Below, piece by piece: positions 49,479-59,203 of a DNA stretch of 64,000 nt. A program made the translations under genes and the position numbers. This DNA is from a candidate division WWE3 bacterium. Its GTDB lineage: Bacteria > Patescibacteriota > WWE3 > UBA101185 > UBA10185. The notes beneath the pieces are model-generated. The model did not search any database. It worked only from the letters and a program-made list of their open reading frames with translations, and was not told the origin of the DNA. How positions within the stretch are numbered: position 1 is the first letter of the stretch; each line of letters opens with the position of its first letter. Location: contig JACPGI010000009.1 in assembly GCA_016182565.1 (NCBI GenBank), forward strand, positions 19,154 through 83,153. The letters run 5' to 3'.

Positions 49479-50956
49479 ATGTAAATATGGCAGTAGTAAC
49501 AAATCAAGAGGAGTTTTTTAATACAAATGCAACTTTGCATAAAAAATCTTTCCAGCATAAAATCTTTTATGACTATGCAAATAAGGAACAGTTAGCTGGC
49601 CTTGCATGGTTGTCAAAAGAACAAAAAATCCTTGATTATGGCGTGGGTACAGCAACATCAATAGACAGATTTTTTGAAGTGACTGCGGCTTCTAGGAACA
49701 AGTACGAGTTCTATGGGGTTGATATAGCTCAAGTTGCGCTTGATATAGCAAAACAGAAATACCCCGAATACAGTTTTTATAAGATTGAAGGTAATAAAAT
49801 TCCCCAACTTCAGGCCGGTAGTATTGATGCGGCCTATATGCTTCATGTTTTACATCATTCACACAACCATGAAGATATTTTTAAAGAAATTTACCGAACA
49901 CTAAAACCAGGTGGAAAGTTACTTATAAATGATTTAACTTCTAGAAATCCAATCATTAAATTTGGTCGTTTTTTGTTTGCAAGTTTTCCAATACTTTTTA
50001 AAAATCAATTTCCAGATGATTTAGTGGTTGACGGAAAAATTCCAGATAAATACCCGTTGGATATACCTTTAATAGTCTCACAATTGGAGGCGGCCGGTTT
50101 TTATATTCAAGAGCATAAAACTGCCCATTTGTTCTTTTTCATTTTCGATTGGATTGATAGAGTGTTAAATTTATCAAAATATTTCACTGTCCAAAAGTTT
50201 TATAAAGCTTTGATTTCCTTTGAAGATTGGCTTCTTGAAACTGGTATTTTTGATAATTTTGGTGAAATGATATGTTTAAAATGTATAAAAAAGAAAAATT
50301 CAAACTTAGGCCATGTTTCAGGTGACTATAGTAAATCGTTTAATAACGTAGTTTTTAAGGCTGTGGGGGCTTCTTCAACGGTACTTGATGTGGGATGTTG
50401 GACTGGTAATCTTGGCGGTGCATTAATTGATAACAAAAACTGCGTTGTAGACGGTATTGACTTTAGAGATGATGTTTTAGAAGAGGCTAGATTACGGGGT
50501 TATAGAAATCTATTTAAAATTAATTTTGATAATATTGATCAAGATATACCAATGCTTAGTGGTAAGACATATGATTATATAATTTTTGCAGATGTTCTTG
50601 AGCACTTATTACATCCCGACAATGTTTTAAAAATTATGCAAAAACACTTAAATCAAGGGGGCCAAATAGTAGTATCGTTACCAAACGTGGCTTTTGTTTT
50701 AAATCGAATTTTACTACTACTTGGTAAATGGGAGTATAAGGAATTTGGAACATTGGATAAAACCCACTTAAAATTTTTCACAATTAATTCAGCCAAGAAA
50801 CTTCTTGAAAAACAAGGTTACGATATAGTTAAAGTGTTTCCTTATAATCAGTTTGGAGTGCTCAAGTATATTGAACCATTTAAAAATATTTTTCCTAGCC
50901 TCCTTGCATACCAAGTACTTTTTATTGCTAAACTTCCGAATAAATTAGCTGTTTAG
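49475..50956 (+). CDS. Didomain class I SAM-dependent methyltransferase (two tandem MTase folds)
   Basis: N-domain LDYGVGTATS...LKPGGKLLINDL. C-domain VLDVGCWTGNL...DYIIFADVLEHL...LNQGGQIVVSLPN. Confidence 0.65.
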   Translation: MNVNMAVVTNQEEFFNTNATLHKKSFQHKIFYDYANKEQLAGLAWLSKEQKILDYGVGTATSIDRFFEVTAASRNKYEFYGVDIAQVALDIAKQKYPEYSFYKIEGNKIPQLQAGSIDAAYMLHVLHHSHNHEDIFKEIYRTLKPGGKLLINDLTSRNPIIKFGRFLFASFPILFKNQFPDDLVVDGKIPDKYPLDIPLIVSQLEAAGFYIQEHKTAHLFFFIFDWIDRVLNLSKYFTVQKFYKALISFEDWLLETGIFDNFGEMICLKCIKKKNSNLGHVSGDYSKSFNNVVFKAVGASSTVLDVGCWTGNLGGALIDNKNCVVDGIDFRDDVLEEARLRGYRNLFKINFDNIDQDIPMLSGKTYDYIIFADVLEHLLHPDNVLKIMQKHLNQGGQIVVSLPNVAFVLNRILLLLGKWEYKEFGTLDKTHLKFFTINSAKKLLEKQGYDIVKVFPYNQFGVLKYIEPFKNIFPSLLAYQVLFIAKLPNKLAV

Positions 50957-50991
50957 TTTTTAAGAGTAGTTTAAGAGTTCGAAATAAATTT

Positions 50992-52035
50992 ATGGAAAAT
51001 GATTTAATTTTAACAATAGGAATACCATCATACAGCCGAAAAGAATCCCTTGATGCTCTTTTGGGACAATTAAGCCAAGAAAAGGCTGAGGGTTTTGTAG
51101 TTCTTGTATCAGAAGACAACTCACCTGAGGATATATCATCTGTTGTTAAAAAGTATGATGGTAAGATTAAAAATCTTATTTATAGCAAAAATCCTCAAAA
51201 CCTAGGATATAGTGGAAATGTTTTTAGACTTTATGAACTTACGAAAACAAGATATCTGTGGTTTTTGTGTAATGACGATTCTATAAATCCAGGTGCAGTG
51301 GGAGAAGTAATAAAAAAACTTAGAGAACTAGAACCAGTTGTTGCTGTATTTAACACAACCTGGATAGACTCGTATGGTAGAAAACGTATAGCAGGACCTA
51401 AAGAAACTATAATTCATGATAATTTTAATACATTTACAAATTATGATGCATTGATGCGCCTTACATTTGTTTCAATTGTTGTACTTGAAAAAAGACTTCC
51501 TCTAGAGCAAATAAAATACACTGATTATAAAGATAATGTATTTGTTCAAATTACAATTGCCTTGCAGCTCCTAAGCGATAGATTTAGATTTATAGAAATA
51601 CCAAGTATAGTGTTACATCGTAATGTTGGTTATAAATATGGAGATTTTTTGAAATTTTACTTGGCAGATGAGTTGAAAGCAATCCATATTTTAAAACATA
51701 AGTTTGATACCAAAAGATTTAAAGCGTGGTTTATAAAGAGATTGCCAAGTGCCGCATTGTTATTTCTTTCTCAAAAAATTGGACTTTTTAATTACACAAA
51801 TAAACCAACGAGAAAAAATTTACAATTTATCTTTGAGTACTACGGTGTATACAGCATTCTAATTTTTCTATTTTACTTAATTTCTTTTCTTATACCGGCT
51901 TTTGTGCTAAAAATTGTATATTATTTAATTCTGGTTAGTATTCACGGTCCTAAAAAAGCTAGAGAAGTTTATTTAGCAAATATAGATCGTGCCTTTACTG
52001 ATAAGAGAAAAACAGGATTTATTTCTTATAGATAA
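50992..52035 (+). CDS. GT2-like glycosyltransferase with C-terminal TM helices
   Basis: LTIGIPSYSRKESL...VSEDNSPED N-terminal GT-A signature. Hydrophobic C-terminus. Confidence 0.55.
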   Translation: MENDLILTIGIPSYSRKESLDALLGQLSQEKAEGFVVLVSEDNSPEDISSVVKKYDGKIKNLIYSKNPQNLGYSGNVFRLYELTKTRYLWFLCNDDSINPGAVGEVIKKLRELEPVVAVFNTTWIDSYGRKRIAGPKETIIHDNFNTFTNYDALMRLTFVSIVVLEKRLPLEQIKYTDYKDNVFVQITIALQLLSDRFRFIEIPSIVLHRNVGYKYGDFLKFYLADELKAIHILKHKFDTKRFKAWFIKRLPSAALLFLSQKIGLFNYTNKPTRKNLQFIFEYYGVYSILIFLFYLISFLIPAFVLKIVYYLILVSIHGPKKAREVYLANIDRAFTDKRKTGFISYR

Positions 52036-52040
52036 CAAAT

Positions 52041-52766
52041 ATGAATAATTTTTTAACCAGTTTGGTTAGTATGTTTAAGTACAAGACTAAGGTTGCAAAA
52101 GATTTTGCGATAATGCAGCTTTCACCTGAAGTAAAACAGGATATTATCAATAACTTTCACAAGCTATATTATGACTCAAGTGTCTTTGGTGGTACATGGA
52201 GAAGTACTTCCTTTTTAGGCATCCCAATTCAAAAGGCACCTATGGAGATGTATATGTATCAGGAAATTCTGTTTGATACAAAACCAGATCTTATAATCGA
52301 AACAGGTATTGCCTATGGAGGTGGTGCACTCTACCTTGCTTCCATCTGTGAACTTATGAATCATGGTAATGTTGTGTCTATTGATATTAGCGATACAGGA
52401 AATCTCCCAAAGCATAGCAGGCTTAAATATTTGTTTGGTTCATCAGTTTCTAATGAAATATTAGACCAGCTGAAAAAAGAAATTATAGGTAAAAAAAGAG
52501 TTATGGTCATATTAGACTCAGACCACAGTAAAAAGCATGTACTTGAAGAACTTAAGTTGTACTGTGATTTTGTAACTGCTGGAAATTATTTAATTGTCGA
52601 AGATACCAATGTAAATGGTCATCCAGTACAGCCAGACCATGGTCCGGGCCCTATGGAAGCATTAGAAGAATTTCTTGCCTTAAATAAAGATTTTGAAAGT
52701 GATAAAAGTAAGGAGCGTCTTTATCTAACCTTCAACCCCAAAGGTTATCTTAAACGATTAGGTTAA
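52041..52766 (+). CDS. CmcI / cephalosporin-hydroxylase-family methyltransferase (sugar O-methyltransferase type)
   Basis: WRSTSFLGIPIQKAPMEMYMYQEILFDTKPDLIIETGIAYGGGALYLAS resembles the CmcI family (PF04989) signature. Confidence 0.6.
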   Translation: MNNFLTSLVSMFKYKTKVAKDFAIMQLSPEVKQDIINNFHKLYYDSSVFGGTWRSTSFLGIPIQKAPMEMYMYQEILFDTKPDLIIETGIAYGGGALYLASICELMNHGNVVSIDISDTGNLPKHSRLKYLFGSSVSNEILDQLKKEIIGKKRVMVILDSDHSKKHVLEELKLYCDFVTAGNYLIVEDTNVNGHPVQPDHGPGPMEALEEFLALNKDFESDKSKERLYLTFNPKGYLKRLG

Positions 52767-52769
52767 TAA

Positions 52770-54887
52770 ATGAAGTATAAACTTGCTTTTCTTATATTTG
52801 CAATTCTTTTAACTGTAAATATATTTTCACATGTCCCAAAGGATTCTTTTTTATTTCTACATGATGAGTATCTGATACTTTCTGATCAAGAAGATTTCAA
52901 ACAGTTTTTTACAAGAAATCCAAATAATTTCGGTATAGCAAATACCACAGTTATGCTCGTTACTTTTTTTGACAGGCTTTACTATTCCCTAACTTTCTTT
53001 TTAAACATTAGCACCTTGCATGCTCAAATGGTTTTGTACTTTCTAAAATTTTTGCTTCTAATGTATTTGCCTTTTGTTGGGTTTAGTTTAATAAATAAGT
53101 TGTTTAAAGATGAAACAAGAGTAGGTGATTTTGAAGTTTTTGTTATTTCATTATGGTATAGCTTTAATACTTACACTCTAATATTTTTGCACGGTAATGC
53201 TTTTGCTTTAACACTTCTTTTAGCTTATGTCTTAGCTCCACTTTCCTTTTATTACTTTCATAGATCTGTTTTTGAAGGAGATATTTTATCTAAACTGAAA
53301 TTTATATTTACTTTGTTTCTGATGTTTTTTTCATTATATGTATTTGCAGTTTTTGTGATGCTACTTACTATTTATGTTTTCTTATATGCGTTTGCAAAAA
53401 AAATTACTTTTGGAAAAGTTATGGGAAACTTACTTAGCTTGGCAATATTGTTTTTACCGCTTCTTAGCATGTTTATTTTAATACCGTATGAGTTATTTGT
53501 GAATTTTAATATTACAACAAATCTAAGCGGGGGTGAGACGTACAACATGTTAAAGGGAGGACTTTTATACCAATTACTTATGTGGTTTTCATGGGGAATT
53601 TATACTTTTTGGAGTCCAAGAAACATCTTCACTTTTAGTCAGTATTTTAGAACTTTCCCATCCTTAGTTGCACCATTTATTTTATACGGAATCGTAATTT
53701 ATGGAGCAATAAAGAAAAAAACAACCATATTAATTCCAATATTCTTATTCTTATTCTTATTTTTTATCTTCTTTTCAAAAGGCGCCCAATCCCCCTTTGG
53801 TGAGATTTACAAATATTTAGTTGAAAATAACTTTTTATTTAGACTTTTTAGATCACCAGATAACAAGTTTGGATTTGGTGTTATTTTTTCTATGGCGTGT
53901 TTATTAATTTTTGTAGCAAGTAGTGTAAAAAAATCTGTTTTTATACCCCTTATTATATTTGTAATTGCTATACAGGGATTTTTGATATTTAACGGTGTTG
54001 CAGTTATTGGTGAAAATAAAAAAACCTCCACAGATAGAATTATTTCTTTATCCACAGAACAACAGAACCTAATTAGTTTTATAAACAAATCCAATCTAAC
54101 CTATGGTTATATTTTGGCACTTCCAACAACAGATTTTGGCCACTTTGAGGTGGGTAGTAATGATTTACACATTGGTCAGGACCTATTGCCAAAATTTTTA
54201 AAACTTCCCTTTATTCACTTAGCTGACAATACAGGCATGTCTAGCAAACTATATAAGAATTTATCGGGCCTTATCAAAAATGAGGATATAACTGTACTTG
54301 CTAACTCCCCAATAAGATACATCTTATTAAGATATGACGTAAAACGTGCGGATGTCTCTAAATCACTTATCCGGGAGCTTAAGGAAAACTTTAAACCTAT
54401 TTATACAACTAAAATGTATGAGTTGTACGAAAATACTTTAGCCGTTCCGATTATAGAGGTGTCAAACTCTTCAATTTCTTATGATTATCCAGTCAAGCAC
54501 AAAATTACCCTTAAAAATGTTTCAGATCCTTTGGACCTTAATTTTTATGAGGGCTTTAACAGAGATTGGTATATTTTCCCAATTAAAAGAAGTAAAGAAG
54601 TCAACCTAGATGCAAATATTTTTGATGTTAAGTATTTATGGCAAAAACCAGCTTTTGCTGATTCTCACGTTTTATTAAATAATTACGGTAATAAGTGGAA
54701 AATTTCTAGTAATGAAATTAGGTCTTTGGGGAATGAATTTTTTATTCAAAACGCTGATGGCACAATTGATTTTGATGCGGTTATTTATTTTAAAACACAG
54801 GCAATATTTTATCTTGGCATAATATTATCTGGGTTTTATCTATTGTTAGTTGGAATTTATGCACTTTACATCATCAAAAAAAGATAA
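52770..54887 (+). CDS. Uncharacterised polytopic membrane protein, paralog A (YfhO/GT-C-like topology: N-terminal TM bundle, large extracytoplasmic domain, C-terminal TM anchor)
   Basis: More than 10 TM. Conserved loop FSKGAQSPFGEIYKYL. C-terminal about 300-aa soluble region and a final TM (FYLGIILSGFYLLLVGIYALYII). Confidence 0.5.
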   Translation: MKYKLAFLIFAILLTVNIFSHVPKDSFLFLHDEYLILSDQEDFKQFFTRNPNNFGIANTTVMLVTFFDRLYYSLTFFLNISTLHAQMVLYFLKFLLLMYLPFVGFSLINKLFKDETRVGDFEVFVISLWYSFNTYTLIFLHGNAFALTLLLAYVLAPLSFYYFHRSVFEGDILSKLKFIFTLFLMFFSLYVFAVFVMLLTIYVFLYAFAKKITFGKVMGNLLSLAILFLPLLSMFILIPYELFVNFNITTNLSGGETYNMLKGGLLYQLLMWFSWGIYTFWSPRNIFTFSQYFRTFPSLVAPFILYGIVIYGAIKKKTTILIPIFLFLFLFFIFFSKGAQSPFGEIYKYLVENNFLFRLFRSPDNKFGFGVIFSMACLLIFVASSVKKSVFIPLIIFVIAIQGFLIFNGVAVIGENKKTSTDRIISLSTEQQNLISFINKSNLTYGYILALPTTDFGHFEVGSNDLHIGQDLLPKFLKLPFIHLADNTGMSSKLYKNLSGLIKNEDITVLANSPIRYILLRYDVKRADVSKSLIRELKENFKPIYTTKMYELYENTLAVPIIEVSNSSISYDYPVKHKITLKNVSDPLDLNFYEGFNRDWYIFPIKRSKEVNLDANIFDVKYLWQKPAFADSHVLLNNYGNKWKISSNEIRSLGNEFFIQNADGTIDFDAVIYFKTQAIFYLGIILSGFYLLLVGIYALYIIKKR
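53741..53760 (+). repeat. Hexanucleotide microsatellite (TTCTTA)x3 inside the CDS, encoding FLFLFL
   Basis: atTCTTATTCTTATTCTTATTtttt read directly. Confidence 0.5.
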
Positions 54888-57123
54888 CTATTTAGGTTAT
54901 ATTCTATTGTTCTTTTTTATTTCTCTAGTGTTAACGGCCATATTTTTTTATGGCTTAAAAAGCAACGAATTTTTAATGATCGGTGATCAGTATTTCTTAT
55001 TTAATTTCAAGGAGTTGGCGTGGTCGAGTTTTTACATAAAAAAATTAGATAATTTAGGAATACACAATAGCTGGCAGTTTTTAACCCAGTTTTGGGATGT
55101 CATTTTTTTGATGACACTTTATAAGTTGGGCTTAAGTTTTTTTGTTATTGAAAAGTTACAATTTTTCTTTGCTTTATTTATCACACTATCAATTTCATTT
55201 GTTGGATTCTTGCATATCGGTAACGATTTTTCATCAACTTCCAAGGCAAGCAAATTAAAAATTCTTTTTATCACTTTTTGGTATAGTTTTAATCCTTATA
55301 CTGTATCTCTTTGGCACGGCGGGGTGTATGACATTGGTGCGGCAATAACTTATTCACTAGCTCCACTGATCTTTTATTTTGTTAAAAAGAATCTTTTTGC
55401 CCCAGTTAGTGTAGAAAAGCTTGGAAAATTGGCACTTATGCTTTTTGTATCTTCTTATGTTTTTTGGTTGTTTGCACCCTTAGTGTTTTTACTTGTTTTA
55501 TATTTGCTTTTAAGTTTCTTTCTAGAGAAAAAGCCGGATTTAAAAAAAAGCACTGAATTTGTACTAATACTATCAAACAGTGTTGTATTAGCTTTTATGT
55601 ATATCCCAATGCTAAGTTTTATTATTTTTAATTTAGCATTCCAGTATTTTGACCAGGAAGGTCTGCTTAGCCTATTTTCAGTTCCGACCTACGGGAATCA
55701 GCAAGGGGGTATGTGGTATCAATTTTTGATGCTATTTTCATGGGGCATATACACTGAGTGGACACCTAGAACTATATATTCATTTCATAAATATTACCTT
55801 TCTATTTATTACAAACTTTCTACCCTCGCTGTTTATTTTATTATTTTGTATGGGGTTGTAAAAAAGTTAATTAAACAAGTTAGTTCTTTTAGCACCTCAA
55901 TAGTTTTTTTATTACTCTTATTTGTATTAATATTTTTTTCAAAGGCTGCCCAACCCCCTCTTGGGGAAATTTTTACCTATCTGTACACCACCGTACCTCT
56001 ATTTGGAATTTTTAGAACTGCTGACATCCGATTTGGATTTGCTATTGTTCTAACTGTTGCATTGTTTCTTACTTATATTTCAGAAAATTTGAGTAAAAGG
56101 GTTATTAGTCTTGTTTTTGTAGTTATTATGCTTGGGCAAAGTTGGTTTTTCTTTACAGGTAGAGCAATAAAGGGGGAAGAAATACCGGGAAAATACTTTG
56201 ACCGTATTATAAATATAACTAAGCCCTATGAAGAACTAATATCATTTTTAAACACAGATGCTTTGGAATCAGGTTACGTTTTTCCTATTCCTGGTATGGA
56301 TTATGGTTACTTTATTTTAGATAGTAAAGAAGAGGAGCATTATATTGGACAAGGATTACTTCCCAAATTAGTTACAAGGCCATTTCTTTCTACTGTTGAG
56401 TCTGGTGGTATGTTAACAAGAACCTTGGAATATTTGAACAAAATCACACTTGACAAAACATACGTCAACTTAAAAAAGTTTCCAATAAAATATATTCTGG
56501 TAAGAAAGGATTTAGGATGTAGTCATAATGCTTGCAAGGATTATAACTTAGAAGATCTAGATAAAATCTACAAATTAGTCTTTAAAAATGAATTATTTTA
56601 CCTATATCAAATACCAAATCATTTGCCAGTTTTAAGTGCAAAAAATCTCACATTCAAAATGCTTAGTCCTATAAAATACGAACTATATTTAACAAATTTA
56701 GTCACTACAACTCAGTTGAATTTTGCACAAAGTTTCAGTAAACATTGGAAACTGTATGTAAATCCTATTAAAAATATAGATTGTAGCAGTGATTTAGTCC
56801 CATATAGTGGGGTTTTAGAATGTGTGGGAGATGTTCGGGCACTTAACTTATCAGATATTACATATCTTTTTTCTAAGCCTGTATTTACATCAACACATGT
56901 AGAAAGTGTCTCATTTGCAAATACTTGGGGCATTAACCCAGACTACATTACCGCAAATCTTTCGGAGAATTTTTATAGTATAAATACAGATGGTAGTGTT
57001 AACATAAGACTAACATTGTTCTTTTTCCCACAGGCACAATTTCTGCTCGCATTGGTACTTACACTACTTTCGGTTTTATTTGTAGTTACACTAACTATAG
57101 TTAAACGCACACCGAGTAATTAA
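54850..57123 (+). CDS. Uncharacterised polytopic membrane protein, paralog B of 52770..54887
   Basis: Colinear conserved blocks (FSKAAQPPLGEIFTYL, WYSFNPYT versus WYSFNTYT, FSWGIYT in both). Same topology with a C-terminal TM. Confidence 0.5.
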   Translation: MEFMHFTSSKKDNYLGYILLFFFISLVLTAIFFYGLKSNEFLMIGDQYFLFNFKELAWSSFYIKKLDNLGIHNSWQFLTQFWDVIFLMTLYKLGLSFFVIEKLQFFFALFITLSISFVGFLHIGNDFSSTSKASKLKILFITFWYSFNPYTVSLWHGGVYDIGAAITYSLAPLIFYFVKKNLFAPVSVEKLGKLALMLFVSSYVFWLFAPLVFLLVLYLLLSFFLEKKPDLKKSTEFVLILSNSVVLAFMYIPMLSFIIFNLAFQYFDQEGLLSLFSVPTYGNQQGGMWYQFLMLFSWGIYTEWTPRTIYSFHKYYLSIYYKLSTLAVYFIILYGVVKKLIKQVSSFSTSIVFLLLLFVLIFFSKAAQPPLGEIFTYLYTTVPLFGIFRTADIRFGFAIVLTVALFLTYISENLSKRVISLVFVVIMLGQSWFFFTGRAIKGEEIPGKYFDRIINITKPYEELISFLNTDALESGYVFPIPGMDYGYFILDSKEEEHYIGQGLLPKLVTRPFLSTVESGGMLTRTLEYLNKITLDKTYVNLKKFPIKYILVRKDLGCSHNACKDYNLEDLDKIYKLVFKNELFYLYQIPNHLPVLSAKNLTFKMLSPIKYELYLTNLVTTTQLNFAQSFSKHWKLYVNPIKNIDCSSDLVPYSGVLECVGDVRALNLSDITYLFSKPVFTSTHVESVSFANTWGINPDYITANLSENFYSINTDGSVNIRLTLFFFPQAQFLLALVLTLLSVLFVVTLTIVKRTPSN

Positions 57124-57139
57124 TCTATATAATAGTTTT

Positions 57140-58822
57140 ATGCATTGGCTAATCTATTCGTACAATGATATGGCAGCAATATTTGTGGGGGGTTTGGAAG
57201 TTTTACTTTCCAAAGATTTTTTTCCAACAATAGCAACAAGCTCGCAGCCTAGTTCAATAGATTTTTTAAGTAACTTTATAAACCTAATACTTTTTAAAGC
57301 TTTTTACCCTGTAACTGTAGCAAATATTTTAATGATTCTTTACTTTGCTTTAGCATTTATATTTTCGTTTATCCTATTTAAAAACTTGGTTTCAAATAGG
57401 TTATTAGCTTTAGTTTTTGCTTTGTTTTATGGAGTTAGCAACCACTTTTTGTATCGGATAATTTCTTTTACCCCAAATATTTATCAGACTTTCTTCTTTC
57501 CACTTACATTTTTCTTGCTATTAAGGAAGACAAAACCAATATTTTTGAGTTTTCTTACTGTATTTTTCTTTACTTTTAGTAGTTATTACGCTTATTTTGT
57601 TTTTATTTGTATTGTGCTTTGGTACTGTTTTGATGAATTATTTAGTTTAGTCTCGTTAAAACAAAAATTTATAACTTCTATAAAAAATATTGCAATATTT
57701 TCTATTGGCACAATCTTAGGTGTATTTCTGATTTACACACCAGTCATTATTCAATCTCTTCCAACTTTTAAAAATGTAAATACCAATAATGTGACAAAAG
57801 AAGTTCAGGTTATGGAAAAAACGTATCGCCCTATTGAGGATTTTTATAATTTAAGTCTTCGACCGTGGTACTTTTTTATTCCACCACAAAAATCTTTATA
57901 TTTTGCGGAATTATCAAAAGATTTATATAAAAAAATAGCAAGTTCCAATTATTATTTAGCAGATGATTACACAGAAGATGAGATGGGTGGTGTGTATCTG
58001 GGGTGGCATTTTTTGCTTGGTGCTGCTTTTGTTTTAGCCATTGCAGGTCTCTCTTTTGGAAAAAAGCCTAAACCTAAGATAACAGAATACTTTGGTAATA
58101 TTGTTGCAAATAGAAAGTTGATAATTAAACTAACGCTTATTACACTTGCTATCTTAGCTATTAGTCTTCCACCATCTTTTACTATATCAAATATTACATT
58201 TTACACCCCGTCCTACATCATCTACTTAATACTTCCAGTCTTTCGCACCACTGTAAGGTGGGCTATTGTTATTTACCTTGTTGTACTTATATTAAATTTA
58301 TTTTTGATGGTAGATTTATATAATTTAATTCGTTTAAGAGTAACAAAATTTATTTTTGTAATCTCATTATTAGTTGTAACTTTTGTTGTTCTTTCAGTTA
58401 AACTACCATTTATAGATACTAGCACCCCACCAGAAGACATCGCATTTTTAAATACTGTTTCATCTAAAGATTTTTCCTATGCTGTTTATCCAAAAGGGGA
58501 TTACCATTCCATATTTTGGATCTTAAATCATAAGAAAAAACTTTTAAATCCAGTCAATTTTATAAATAGAACTACTGGATTTAAATCAAATGAATTTTCA
58601 GATAATTTAGTAACAGAGAAAGGTGTTAATAAGTTGAAAGAATTAGGGGGGCAGTATCTTGTTTTAAAAAAGGAGGAGATTTCGGAAAATAAGTTAAAGA
58701 ATATAAACATAATTAACCCCTTTATAACTTCTATAAGTTCATTGGAAAGTTTTTTTGAAAGATTTGGGACTAAAGTGTTTGACTCGCAGCACACAGCAAT
58801 TTACTACCTTAACTCCCTATAA
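57140..58822 (+). CDS. Uncharacterised polytopic membrane protein (560 aa)
   Basis: Hydrophobic helices throughout. No motif I recognise. Confidence 0.45.
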   Translation: MHWLIYSYNDMAAIFVGGLEVLLSKDFFPTIATSSQPSSIDFLSNFINLILFKAFYPVTVANILMILYFALAFIFSFILFKNLVSNRLLALVFALFYGVSNHFLYRIISFTPNIYQTFFFPLTFFLLLRKTKPIFLSFLTVFFFTFSSYYAYFVFICIVLWYCFDELFSLVSLKQKFITSIKNIAIFSIGTILGVFLIYTPVIIQSLPTFKNVNTNNVTKEVQVMEKTYRPIEDFYNLSLRPWYFFIPPQKSLYFAELSKDLYKKIASSNYYLADDYTEDEMGGVYLGWHFLLGAAFVLAIAGLSFGKKPKPKITEYFGNIVANRKLIIKLTLITLAILAISLPPSFTISNITFYTPSYIIYLILPVFRTTVRWAIVIYLVVLILNLFLMVDLYNLIRLRVTKFIFVISLLVVTFVVLSVKLPFIDTSTPPEDIAFLNTVSSKDFSYAVYPKGDYHSIFWILNHKKKLLNPVNFINRTTGFKSNEFSDNLVTEKGVNKLKELGGQYLVLKKEEISENKLKNINIINPFITSISSLESFFERFGTKVFDSQHTAIYYLNSL

Positions 58823-58843
58823 AACTGCTATAATCTCGAGACT

Positions 58844-59203
58844 ATGGGTACCGCAGTCTTTATAATATTAACATTGAATTTTTTTATAATCTTATTTCCA
58901 CTTAGGTTAAAATCTGTTTTTGTTGTTTCAAACTTAGTAATTTTACTCCTTTTATATAAACTTGTTGGAGTAGATTTTATTATGAATTTTCTTATTCTTT
59001 TAGTACTATCTTGGTCGATACTGATCTTGTCTAGTTTAAGCAGAATTCAGATATATAGTGTCGGTGGTTTTTTCATATTGCTAGCTGGTGTTTTTATGGT
59101 ATTTGAAATTGAGGCACCAGCTAGGATTTTTGTCTCCATGGGTATCGCACTACTGATGTATTCAATTTTTAAAGATATCATATATGCAAAGATTAATGAT
59201 TAA
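58844..59203 (+). CDS. Small 4-TM membrane protein
   Basis: 119 aa, almost entirely hydrophobic. Confidence 0.4.
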   Translation: MGTAVFIILTLNFFIILFPLRLKSVFVVSNLVILLLLYKLVGVDFIMNFLILLVLSWSILILSSLSRIQIYSVGGFFILLAGVFMVFEIEAPARIFVSMGIALLMYSIFKDIIYAKIND

